Under the pieces are notes generated by a model. The model was not told the origin of the DNA and did not search any database. It worked only from the letters and a program-made list of their open reading frames with translations. Shown here piece by piece: positions 9,982 to 19,800 of a DNA stretch of 64,000 nucleotides (position 1 is the stretch's first letter; every line of letters starts with the position of its first letter). The stretch is from Escherichia phage EJP2: the sequence record OQ411014.1. The stretch is one strand, 5' to 3'. Position numbers and translations under genes: made by a program.

Positions 9982-11079
9982 ATGATTAACTATGAAATTA
10001 AACGTGCCAATGGTAAAATATATGCATCAATCCCCAATAACGCAATATTGGGTCCGAACTCACCAAACCAAAACCCAGTACCGATCAACTTGGTCGGTCG
10101 TAATAAGGTAGGTTATGGTCAAGCATACAATGAAAACGCATTGTGGTTAGCAGAAAACTTTGCTGGTCAATATGCACCAAAGGGTAACGTAACAGGCCAA
10201 CTATGGTATAAGTATACATCTGGTACAGGGGAATTACTAGTAGCTCTTAAAGATGATGCTGCTCAACCAGTAGATTCACAAACCGAATTAGAATGGGGTG
10301 CTATCCCTGCTATTACAGTGTTTAATACTGTCCCTGATGGTACTAACTCAATTATGGGGCGTATGGTACTAACAAATAATGGCGACCGTCTGATGGTTCT
10401 CATGAAGGATAAAGAGTGGCGTGAAATTCAAACTACTCGTCCTTCTAACAAACAGTATGAACGTCTACTAGATATTAACTATGACACAGGTGAGAAATTC
10501 ATTTCTTATACACAAACTAACAGTACTAAACCAGTTGCATACTTTAACGTTGGTGGTGCTCCTATTGTTGATTCGAACGGTTATACTACCTTCCAAGATG
10601 GCGATGGTGTATTCAACTTCGGTGCGAACTATTTCTTTGAAATGAATATTATCGCCCGTCAAGTCACTAATACTGGCACTACTGTAGTTCCCCAACCTGC
10701 AAACTATAAGACTTGGCAGATTAAAGGTCAGTTTTATGTTGATAACGCTGGTAATTTCACACCTGGCGTTACTGTGGCTTCGGCTCTACCAGATCCACGT
10801 AAGGTTGCTAACCTAACACAGATTAAAGATGAAATCACTAGTACTCAAGGTACATGGGATGTTAACGTAGTAATCAACGGGGTTGATACATCAGTCCCTG
10901 GTGCAAACGGAAATACTGGGGCTGATTATGAAAACTACGTCCTAGGTTCACTAAACTCTACAAAACACTTAGGTATTCGTATTGACGGTACTGTTTCTGG
11001 TCTTGGTGCTGGTCAATCTACTCTAACACAGTGGAGTGTACTACTAAAAATCACGGGTGTTCCTCCGGTTGGTGTTTAA
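9982..11079 (+). CDS. Hypothetical structural protein (365 aa)
   Basis: ORF with AAGGA RBS; contains a fibre-like GQLWYKYTSGTGEL motif; followed by a hairpin terminator. Confidence 0.55.
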   Translation: MINYEIKRANGKIYASIPNNAILGPNSPNQNPVPINLVGRNKVGYGQAYNENALWLAENFAGQYAPKGNVTGQLWYKYTSGTGELLVALKDDAAQPVDSQTELEWGAIPAITVFNTVPDGTNSIMGRMVLTNNGDRLMVLMKDKEWREIQTTRPSNKQYERLLDINYDTGEKFISYTQTNSTKPVAYFNVGGAPIVDSNGYTTFQDGDGVFNFGANYFFEMNIIARQVTNTGTTVVPQPANYKTWQIKGQFYVDNAGNFTPGVTVASALPDPRKVANLTQIKDEITSTQGTWDVNVVINGVDTSVPGANGNTGADYENYVLGSLNSTKHLGIRIDGTVSGLGAGQSTLTQWSVLLKITGVPPVGV

Positions 11080-11087
11080 TACAAATG

Positions 11088-11112
11088 AAAAAAGGAACCC
11101 GAAGGTTCCTTT
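11088..11112. terminator. Bidirectional hairpin terminator (GGAACC-CGAA-GGTTCC)
   Basis: Perfect 6-bp stem with CGAA/UUCG loop between convergent genes (ends at 11079 and 11111), A-run 5' and T-run 3'. Confidence 0.7.
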
Positions 11113-11587
11113 AGAATATATATGGCAAGCTGTTGAAAAATGGCTTGCCATTTTTTATTGATTGCCATAGTGAGTTAAAGTCTGTTATAATATTGGTATT
11201 ATACAAAGTGCTTTTAGCTCCAGGGTGTAGTGGTTTAGGCCAGTTTCCTATCTTGACCCACGAATATCCTGCACTTTCATGGTTAAGTTCTGGTATAAAT
11301 TCACCCTGTACCACAACTATAAATGAATAATATTTAAACTTTCCATTTTTAGTACAGAATACATCGAAAGGGATTATATCTTCAATGTCCGGTACTGAAT
11401 CACCCAACTCTTCTGAGATTTCTCTATGAAGTGCTTGAATAGGAGTTTCAGTACTTTCAATCTTCCCACCAACGAAACCCCAGTTGTTTGCATATGTAGA
11501 AGTGTCTGAACGCAAGTTCAGCATCATCCTTCCAGTATTCTTCGATAAAAATATTGCTCCTACTGCTTCGTTAGTCATCTTTGTCAT
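11111..11587 (-). CDS. Nudix hydrolase (158 aa)
   Basis: Exact Nudix box GX5EX7REUXEEXGU: G-KIEST-E-TPIQALH-RE-I-S-EE-L-G-D. Confidence 0.8.
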   Translation of the reverse strand: MTKMTNEAVGAIFLSKNTGRMMLNLRSDTSTYANNWGFVGGKIESTETPIQALHREISEELGDSVPDIEDIIPFDVFCTKNGKFKYYSFIVVVQGEFIPELNHESAGYSWVKIGNWPKPLHPGAKSTLYNTNIITDFNSLWQSIKNGKPFFNSLPYIF

Positions 11588-11589
11588 CC

Positions 11590-12930
11590 TTATGTGTTTC
11601 TAAAGCCAATCCTCCAATACCCTTGTCTATATTTGTTCATAATGGCCTTGTGCCAGCCAAACTTTGTGGTATACTTATACATTCCACTATCACTTGAGTT
11701 ATAAACATAATCAGTAATACTTGCTGGAGGGATAAGTTCAATACCTTGAGAAGTTATTCGAACAATATATTCAGGTGGGATACGATTATCCTTGTAGAAA
11801 ATATCACGTTCTGATATATTTACATAATATTGCTCCGGTATAGCTCCATTTAACTCTTGACTTTCAGTGACGAAAGCAACAATTGCCAATTGACGCTTCA
11901 TTAGTGAGTTATCAACTTCAACAATAATCTTATTCGCGGTATCATCAGAACCAATACTCAGTACTGTACCTTTGATTGCGGATGTGTCTTCAATTCCTCG
12001 TTGGAATTTGATGAACATTTCCTTCTTATCGAAGCTCGGTTCCAAATATTTGAGGTATATAGGCCATGAGAAGATTTTGTTATTGGCACTCAGCTTGTTA
12101 AGAGATGAATTCACAAGTGTTAGCTCATATTTTGACGTGGATGCACCTGGCTGTGTGATTTCATCCACCAATATACACATGTTTTTCGGTGTGAAGACAT
12201 CAACAATCGGTTCAGACCAGTTAGTTAGTTCAATATCGAGTTCGTCTTTCGCGTTATGCACGTTAGTAACGATTTGACTAATGAGTTTTGGTTTTTCAAC
12301 TGTTCCTGGAAGAGAAAACCACACAGTACTTTTGAATGATAAGGTCATTATGTCCATATCAGTGTCTGTGCCTTGTGGCATAGCACGAGAACTGAACTGA
12401 CAATCAATCAATTCAACATCAGTTGCTGAAGTCCAGTCTAATGGGTTCTCCGAAAGCTGTAAAGTTATCGATGGACTGAATAAAGTTGTGATTTGTTCGA
12501 ACAATTCCATTTTATTAGTTAATGTAGTTGTCCAAATGTTCAAATCAAACACAAATGTCCACGGAACAGGGTTGTATCTGGTAATCAAGTACTGTTCATC
12601 CAGTTCTTTTGTGTACTCGTTCTGTGCAGGGGACTTATTAGTCCCCATAATCACCTGTTCAGCCACTGGTGAGCGAATAGAATTGCGTTCCATCTTCAAT
12701 GACTGTACACTTATAGTCATCATTGGAGCAGTTGGTACTGTGTTTTCTGAACCTCCACTGATAATATACGCAGCTAAACGTGAAATATCAGCGTATCTGC
12801 AAGGTACACCACGATAAACTGGTAGACCTGCATCGTCAATTGAGTGTAGTACTTTGAAATCACCAAAAACTCTTATTAAGTGTTTCAGTACTCGTCTGAA
12901 TTGACCGTCATAATAATATTCTACTTTCAT
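11590..12930 (-). CDS. Hypothetical protein (446 aa), probably virion-associated by operon context
   Basis: Long ORF in the leftward late operon, immediately upstream of the Nudix gene. Confidence 0.5.
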   Translation of the reverse strand: MKVEYYYDGQFRRVLKHLIRVFGDFKVLHSIDDAGLPVYRGVPCRYADISRLAAYIISGGSENTVPTAPMMTISVQSLKMERNSIRSPVAEQVIMGTNKSPAQNEYTKELDEQYLITRYNPVPWTFVFDLNIWTTTLTNKMELFEQITTLFSPSITLQLSENPLDWTSATDVELIDCQFSSRAMPQGTDTDMDIMTLSFKSTVWFSLPGTVEKPKLISQIVTNVHNAKDELDIELTNWSEPIVDVFTPKNMCILVDEITQPGASTSKYELTLVNSSLNKLSANNKIFSWPIYLKYLEPSFDKKEMFIKFQRGIEDTSAIKGTVLSIGSDDTANKIIVEVDNSLMKRQLAIVAFVTESQELNGAIPEQYYVNISERDIFYKDNRIPPEYIVRITSQGIELIPPASITDYVYNSSDSGMYKYTTKFGWHKAIMNKYRQGYWRIGFRNT

Positions 12931-12938
12931 GTTGTTCC

Positions 12939-14435
12939 TTATTTCTTATGAACACGGTAAACAATGTTCGGTTTAACTGCATCTTCCAACGGTACTCTGT
13001 TTGGACTATTAACAAAATCAGTTTTAGCTTTATCTGCACCAACCCACGGCTGACGACCGCCATAATCAAATATAGCCCATGATTTCTTATCGTCTGAGTA
13101 CTCCCAAAGCGTAACTGGGGTGTAATCAGTACGGTAAAAGTACTCACCATCAACTGGATTGCTTGGGAATTCAGTACCTTCACCTACAGTTCCTCTAGCT
13201 GGTGGAATCTTAGGTCTAGAGTCCGCAGAAAGAGTGATGTCGGCAGCAATACTACCTGAAGTGAATGGTACGTTGCTATGTTCATCAGGTGGAATCACCC
13301 ATGTAACACCATCATCCAGTACTTGATATAATTGTGGTTCAGCGTATAATACATAGAAGTCACCAGCGTCATTAGGTACACTTTCACCGGACTTAACGTA
13401 CGGTAAATCACAGTTCAACCATTTCTTGACATCTTTATCGTACTGATATAAAGTATATCCACTGACATCTGCTTCTTGCTCTTTAAAAAAGAAATCTCCG
13501 TCACTCGGTCTGCGAGGGAATGTGGTTCCGTACTTAACTTGGACTTCATCCCAGCTAGAATTCTCGAACTCCATCAGTACTGGATATGTTTTCTTAATGT
13601 AGAACATATTTGCTGAAGGTTTTTCAGGGAAATCATATCCACTTAAGATAACTCTTGACAGTTCCCATATATCTGATCTATCATTATATATGTGCTCATT
13701 AGTCCAGTGCATGTATGGCACTTCATCATCGGCTTGGATAATGATTTTGTTCATAATATCCATTTCGTTGTTGTAGTTACTGTTTTCACTACCACCATTA
13801 TTACCACTTGAGTTACCATTTCCGTTATTCGGATCATCTGGGTCATCTGGGAAGTTGTTATTGTCTAGGATTCCAGAATATTCAGGACTATCGGTTAGTG
13901 GTTTAACACGAAGTTTGAAAATATGGTGTTGCCATGTGACGGAGTAACCTTCGGATGTTCTAAACGCATCTTGAACGACATAGAAACGGTTCAAACCTGA
14001 ATCTTTTCCTATAACGTCAAAATCGCGTAAGTTAGGAAGTTCGATGACATCGCCTGGAATAATTTTTCTTCCCACGCGTTGCATCATTGTGTTATAATGG
14101 ATTGTAATGTCCATAGTGTTAAAGTTGAAGAAAATCCCTGGCATTTTTAAGTCAGGAGTTGCTTCTTGAATTTGGTACACTGCACTAAGTGTTATAGCTT
14201 CTAAGTTATATTCACGTTGTGCTGATTCACCGAAGATAATGTCACCGATACTAGAAATATCTAGTTGACCATCTCCGGTTTGTAGTGTACCATCATCATT
14301 AGTTGCTAATTGTTTTGGACCAACATAAGCGTACAGCCACATATCAACACCACCGATATTGTACTGTTCGGCAATGTTGCGGTCGATGAAACTATAATCA
14401 TTAGTTCGACCTTTTTTCCACATTTTGTATGCCAT
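12939..14435 (-). CDS. Hypothetical baseplate/virion protein (~499 aa)
   Basis: ORF track gives 12939..14492; the start is placed at the internal ATG (MAYKMWKK) because it has a GGAGA RBS and a late-type motif ~32 bp upstream (14467-14474). Confidence 0.5.
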   Translation of the reverse strand: MAYKMWKKGRTNDYSFIDRNIAEQYNIGGVDMWLYAYVGPKQLATNDDGTLQTGDGQLDISSIGDIIFGESAQREYNLEAITLSAVYQIQEATPDLKMPGIFFNFNTMDITIHYNTMMQRVGRKIIPGDVIELPNLRDFDVIGKDSGLNRFYVVQDAFRTSEGYSVTWQHHIFKLRVKPLTDSPEYSGILDNNNFPDDPDDPNNGNGNSSGNNGGSENSNYNNEMDIMNKIIIQADDEVPYMHWTNEHIYNDRSDIWELSRVILSGYDFPEKPSANMFYIKKTYPVLMEFENSSWDEVQVKYGTTFPRRPSDGDFFFKEQEADVSGYTLYQYDKDVKKWLNCDLPYVKSGESVPNDAGDFYVLYAEPQLYQVLDDGVTWVIPPDEHSNVPFTSGSIAADITLSADSRPKIPPARGTVGEGTEFPSNPVDGEYFYRTDYTPVTLWEYSDDKKSWAIFDYGGRQPWVGADKAKTDFVNSPNRVPLEDAVKPNIVYRVHKK

Positions 14436-14466
14436 TTTGAATCTCCAAAAAGAAATCGTATAAATG

Positions 14467-14474
14467 TATTTATT
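14467..14474 (-). promoter_or_regulatory. Late-promoter-like motif AATAAATA on minus strand (499-aa gene)
   Basis: Plus-strand TATTTATT, ~32 bp upstream of start 14435; back-to-back with the promoter at 14478. Confidence 0.35.
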
Positions 14475-14477
14475 TTT

Positions 14478-14507
14478 TTGAGACAAATGCAAAAGATGTG
14501 ATATAAT
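14478..14507 (+). promoter_or_regulatory. Sigma70-type early/middle promoter (TTGAGA-N18-TGATATAAT) for the ClpA-like gene
   Basis: -35-like TTGAGA 14478-14483, extended -10 TGATATAAT 14499-14507; one of five copies of a conserved cassette. Confidence 0.7.
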
Positions 14508-14554
14508 AGATTATGAAGCACATAAAACTACTTTTTTTTTAGGAGAGAATTATA

Positions 14555-16840
14555 ATGAGTCAAACTTTCATTCAAATCTTCACCGATACTGAAAACTTTG
14601 CACAGAGTCTTGGTCATCGTTATATGTCTATCGACCATCTTTCAGTAACCGTGCTACAAATTCCTAGCATCATTGAAGCGTTGAATGCAATGTCTCTCGA
14701 TGCGGAACAAATCCAAGAACGTGTTCACCAGTACTTGAAAAGTGCTAACATTCCAGAGATTCCACAGAGTACGATGGAAGCTATTGGTGAAGATCGTGCG
14801 GCTATGAGCATTCAAATGTCTCGTATCATGGCTGAACTAAGCAAGAAAGCTGTACTGGAACAATTGAAGACTGATGATTATACTATTGCTCCGTACTTTG
14901 TACTTTTTGAATGTTTGTCCTTCCCTAATACTGCAATTGAAGCAGTACTGGAAGAATTAGGAACAACTCGTACTGAAGTGGCTCGTTCTCTTCAGAAACA
15001 TGTTGAACAAGTTGAACCATCAGTAGAACTAACTAAAACTTTCCAAGAACCGACTAAAGAGGGTAAACGAGTGGCACAACAACCACAGTCCAAGTCTAAG
15101 GGTATTGAAGATTACACCACTAACCTGACAGAAAAAGCTCGTAATGGCAATCTTGACCCGATGATTGGTCGTACCAAGGAACTCCAGAACCTAATCGAGA
15201 TTGTTTCTCGTAAGAATAAAAAGAATGCGTGTCTGACTGGTGAACCTGGTGTTGGTAAAACTCAAATCATTGATGGTTTGGCTCAAGCAATCGCTGATGG
15301 GAATGTTCCAGAGCATTTACAAGGTATTGAGATTCTTTCTCTGAACATGGGTGCGTTTACTGCGGGTACTAAGTATCGTGGTGAGTTCGAAGAACGTGTT
15401 GATGATTTCTTGAAAGAATTGAAAACTCGTGATAACGTAATCGTATTCATTGACGAACTACATACTATCATGGGTGCAGGTTCCAACAGTTCTGGTTCTA
15501 TGGATATGAGTAATCTTATCAAACCAGCACTATCAAGTGGTGAAATCCGTGTTATCGGTGCAACTACTTACGAAGAATATCGTAAACACATTGAGAAAGA
15601 TGGTGCACTAGCACGTCGCTTCATGAAAGTTGATATTGTTGAACCTTCTTTCAGTGAAACTCGTGAAATTGTACTCGGCGTTACCAGTACTTATGAGAAG
15701 TTCCATGAAGTTTCTTTCAGTGAAGCAGCAATTGAAGCAGTACTGAACCTGTCTAACAAGTTCATGAAAAACAAGCGTTTCCCTGACAAAGCACTAGATC
15801 TTCTTGATGCAGCAGCGGCAATGAAACGTACTCGTGGTGAAGACGATAATATCGTTCAAGAATCACACATCCAAGAAGTTGTGGCACGCATTGCTAACCT
15901 GGATATTTCTGTGGTAGCATGTAACGAAAGCGAACGCATGTCTAACCTACCAAATGCACTACGTTCTCGTGTATTCGGTCAAGATGATGCAGTTGAAAAA
16001 CTGGTTGATAACGTAATGGTTGCTCGTGCAGGTCTACGTGATAGTGCGTCAGTACAGGGTGCGTTCATTTTCCAAGGGCCGTCCGGTACTGGTAAAACTG
16101 AAATCGCTAAAGCACTTGCTGATGCAATGGGTTCTGAACTAATTCGTTTCGATATGTCAGAGTTTGCTCAAGAGCATACTGTATCCAAACTAATCGGTTC
16201 CCCTCCAGGTTATGTTGGTCACGAATCCGGCAACGGTCTACTGTTAGACAAAGTAGAACAATTCCCGAACTGTGTCCTGCTTCTGGATGAAATTGAAAAG
16301 GCTCACCCTAACATTCTACTAACCTTTCTACAGGTTCTAGATGAAGGTCGTCTAACTGGCTCTCAAGGTAAAACAGTATTCTTCAATAACGTAACTGTTA
16401 TCATGACTACTAACCTAGGTGCTAAACAAGCAGAAGTTCGTGCAATCGGTGGTTCCGGTGGCGACGATGGTATGGACAAAGCACTAAAAGCGTTCCTCCG
16501 TCCAGAGTTTCTAAACCGTATCGACAGTGTTGTGAAATTCAAAGAACTATCTGCTGAGGCAATTGATTCTGTAATCACCAAGTTCATGGCTTCTCTGGAA
16601 GAAACCGTTGCACCTAAAGGTGTTACCGTGAAACTAACTACCGAAGCACGTGCATGGTTGGCTAAGAATGGTGTTCAGGTTGGTATGGGTGCACGTCCAA
16701 TGAAACGTACCATCGAAAAACACATTCGTGTCCCACTAGCTAAAGAAATGCTTTGTGGTTCTCTACAAAATGGTGGTTCAATTACGTTTGACGTGATTGA
16801 TGGAACTCTAGGTGTAAAATCCAAACGTTCTAAAAAATAA
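14555..16840 (+). CDS. ClpA-like class-I AAA+ unfoldase (761 aa)
   Basis: Clp N-domain; NBD1 Walker A GEPGVGKTQI and Walker B VIVFIDELH; NBD2 Walker A GPSGTGKTEIAKALA, Walker B VLLLDEIEKAHPNI, LIGSPPGYVGH, sensor-2 GARPMKRTIE; no ClpB-type middle domain; own sigma70-type promoter and terminator. Confidence 0.9.
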   Translation: MSQTFIQIFTDTENFAQSLGHRYMSIDHLSVTVLQIPSIIEALNAMSLDAEQIQERVHQYLKSANIPEIPQSTMEAIGEDRAAMSIQMSRIMAELSKKAVLEQLKTDDYTIAPYFVLFECLSFPNTAIEAVLEELGTTRTEVARSLQKHVEQVEPSVELTKTFQEPTKEGKRVAQQPQSKSKGIEDYTTNLTEKARNGNLDPMIGRTKELQNLIEIVSRKNKKNACLTGEPGVGKTQIIDGLAQAIADGNVPEHLQGIEILSLNMGAFTAGTKYRGEFEERVDDFLKELKTRDNVIVFIDELHTIMGAGSNSSGSMDMSNLIKPALSSGEIRVIGATTYEEYRKHIEKDGALARRFMKVDIVEPSFSETREIVLGVTSTYEKFHEVSFSEAAIEAVLNLSNKFMKNKRFPDKALDLLDAAAAMKRTRGEDDNIVQESHIQEVVARIANLDISVVACNESERMSNLPNALRSRVFGQDDAVEKLVDNVMVARAGLRDSASVQGAFIFQGPSGTGKTEIAKALADAMGSELIRFDMSEFAQEHTVSKLIGSPPGYVGHESGNGLLLDKVEQFPNCVLLLDEIEKAHPNILLTFLQVLDEGRLTGSQGKTVFFNNVTVIMTTNLGAKQAEVRAIGGSGGDDGMDKALKAFLRPEFLNRIDSVVKFKELSAEAIDSVITKFMASLEETVAPKGVTVKLTTEARAWLAKNGVQVGMGARPMKRTIEKHIRVPLAKEMLCGSLQNGGSITFDVIDGTLGVKSKRSKK

Positions 16841-16846
16841 GAAAAT

Positions 16847-16875
16847 AAAAAGGAGCCTTTCGGCTCCTTTTTTTT
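16847..16875. terminator. Bidirectional hairpin terminator after the ClpA-like gene
   Basis: AAAAAGGAGCC-TTTC-GGCTCCTTTTTTTT; also terminates the convergent 3337-aa gene. Confidence 0.75.
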
Positions 16876-19800
16876 ATTTGATTAATCCAATAAGAATTAC
16901 AGGTGCAATATCCAAACTATCAGAATAAGTACTCAATGGGATTGGTTCATAACCATCACCGTATACTGCAATTTCATTAGTGTTACCTAAATTCAATCCA
17001 GTACTGGTATACGTTACATCCTTTTCGTAATAATTCTGAACAGTACCGTTATAAGCTCGAACAACGAAGTTGTTTTTGCGAACAAGCATTTGTTCTGCAT
17101 TAGATAGGATAATATCGTCAGGTACAACACCAGGCATTGTAGCGATACCATTTTCATAGGTCATGGTGCTTGCCATCTTCGGCTGACTTACGTGAGTGAA
17201 GCTGTCAAACATTGACTTATAAACAACAGTAACAGTACTGTTAGTGTTAATATACACACCATCAACTAGTGGTTTACTATAGATCCAAGAACCATTGTTA
17301 GCAGTAGGGTTAATTTCAGCTACATCGTATTCAAATACTGAAATTTCCAACGCGTCGGTCATTTTAGTACGAACCAATTCACTTAGTACACCTTTACCGT
17401 ACACTGGTAGGTAATATCCATTATCAACCACAGTTCCATCTTCTAGTGTTTGTGTCTCATTAGTACTGTACCATACATCATAGTCATTGGTAGTTAGTTC
17501 TGGTTCATAATTACCACCAATTAAGGAAGTGTCATAGAACACATCATAATCTAGAGCATCGACTCTGTAAGAACGGTTATTAGTATAACGAGTAATTCCA
17601 CCAGCACTAAACTCTGGGTCATTGAAAGATGTAACTCTAACAATGTTGATACTAGTTGGTTTGTTCTGGTTGTAAAGTGATTCATCAGTACTGTTATAAG
17701 TACTAGTGAAAGTTAATCCACCAATAGTTACAGTATTACCAGATACCGAAGTTACTTTAAACAACTTAGGACGATTAGCATCTTTAATTGTTGCTACACT
17801 CAATACAGTTTTCCAAGAACCATCGTTAATAGCGACTGCGTAATCTGAATTGTCTGGGACAAATACAGCTACCGTTTCGCCAACAACGAAATCATTATCA
17901 CCGTCAAGTTCAACAACACCACTTACTGAAGTTACGTTCTTAATACGATATGAATATTGAATTTCATTCTTTTCCAAAATGCTTCTATTCATGTATTCAA
18001 GAGCAACATCATAACGTGGAATACTTACAAGGGCTTCTGAGCGATTATATGGGTTTTGTACGATATAACCTTCAATATTAAAGTTACCTTGATCACGTAA
18101 TTGTGTCTGTACTGAAGTATCAAATCCATATCCATCAACTGTGAATCTTAGCTGTGCCATATCACGTTTAGATGGGTTAAGTTCTGAAATGTCTACAAAT
18201 ACAGGATCGTTAGTACTGTTAGCGACACCAACAACGGAGTTAATAATAGTTTTAGTTTGTGATTCTAGAGCTAAGTTATCGAATGCGTTTTTATCATCAA
18301 AGAATACTTCTTTATTCAAGCCTGACATGATTTGTAAGAAATCACTATATAGTGGGTTCTTATCATCTTCTGGAACGTCATCAAGTGATGGTTGGCTTAG
18401 GCGAACCATATCCCCATCAGTGATATACACTTCTTCCATATATTCTTCTATGCCAACATTCGAAGGAATGCTATAATCTTTTCCTGGAGTAGTTTCACTC
18501 ATTAGGAAAACATATTTCCTAGGCATCAACACTACTGCATAAGCATCAACATCAAGATTCTCTAATACTTTCTCTGCTGCACTATACGGGTCAGTTTCAT
18601 CAGGATTATAAGTCCCTCTAAGTGCTGATAGAACGTGTACTGCATCAGTATAGAAACGATTAGATTCTGGATTATCATCAGTTTCAGGGATTACATATTT
18701 CCATGTATATAAACCGTATTCATATTCCATGTACTCTAGAATCTCAATGTGAGAGAATCCAGGGTTTGCTTCCTTAACTTGATCATAAATCAAATCATAC
18801 ATTGGTTTGCTGTAAGAGATATAACCATAGTTTTCACCATTGCTTGCACTAAATCCAAACGGCAACCTTGTGCTTGGGTTATCACTCAGTACTAGACCTT
18901 TAAATGGACAACCTACTTCAGAACCAATAGTTTCATCAGATTTGGAAGTTGTTAGCTTCAAACGGTTTGAAAGCGTGTTGTACTGAACATAGTTGCGTAC
19001 TTCACTAACCGATTCAGATTTCTCTTCTGCTTCTGCAATTACACGATTAAGTGTAGCTGTAAATTCATCAGATGCTTCAACATCATTAATTAGTGTTGCA
19101 TACATTTGGTCTAAACCATATTTCAAACCACTACTAATATTCATGTTCGGATAGTACTGCGTAATACCGTTCATGATTAATGTTTCCAACTCAGCATTAT
19201 TAATTTCAGGGAAAGTATATGCATAACGCTGGAGCATGTAGTGGGAGCCTTTTACAAGGAAGTCACCAGTATTAGATTGGTATTTCTTGTTCACGTTTTC
19301 TAGTGTTGTTATATCTGCCATATCGGAAGATGGTTTGCACTGGAAGTTGTCAAAGTCAAGAATAACATCAATCTCTTGGAAACGGCGGTTTGGTAGTACG
19401 AAGTTATTTGGTAGTGAGCCTACGATTTCCCACTTCTGACTTACATCGTTGAATTGAGCATATTCGTAATCCCAAATATCTTTTTGTGTTTTAACCCAAG
19501 CACCATCAACATAGATATAACCGTTAGGATCTAAATCGTTTAATAGACCGTTGATTTCATCTTCATCAGATGTCTTCTGCTCTATTTGTGAACGGATTTT
19601 AGTTCTGTATGGTTTCACTTCTTCAAAGTACTGTACGATTTCATTTATTAAATTACCATCAGTAGTTGATCTTTGTTGTAGTGATTGGTCTAGACCAATA
19701 ATATAAATGTAAGAGGTTTTGAATACCCAGTCCACGACTTTCTGCTCAGTGTGTACGTACTTAACCATGTCAAATACTACAGTACTTTGTACAGAGTTGA

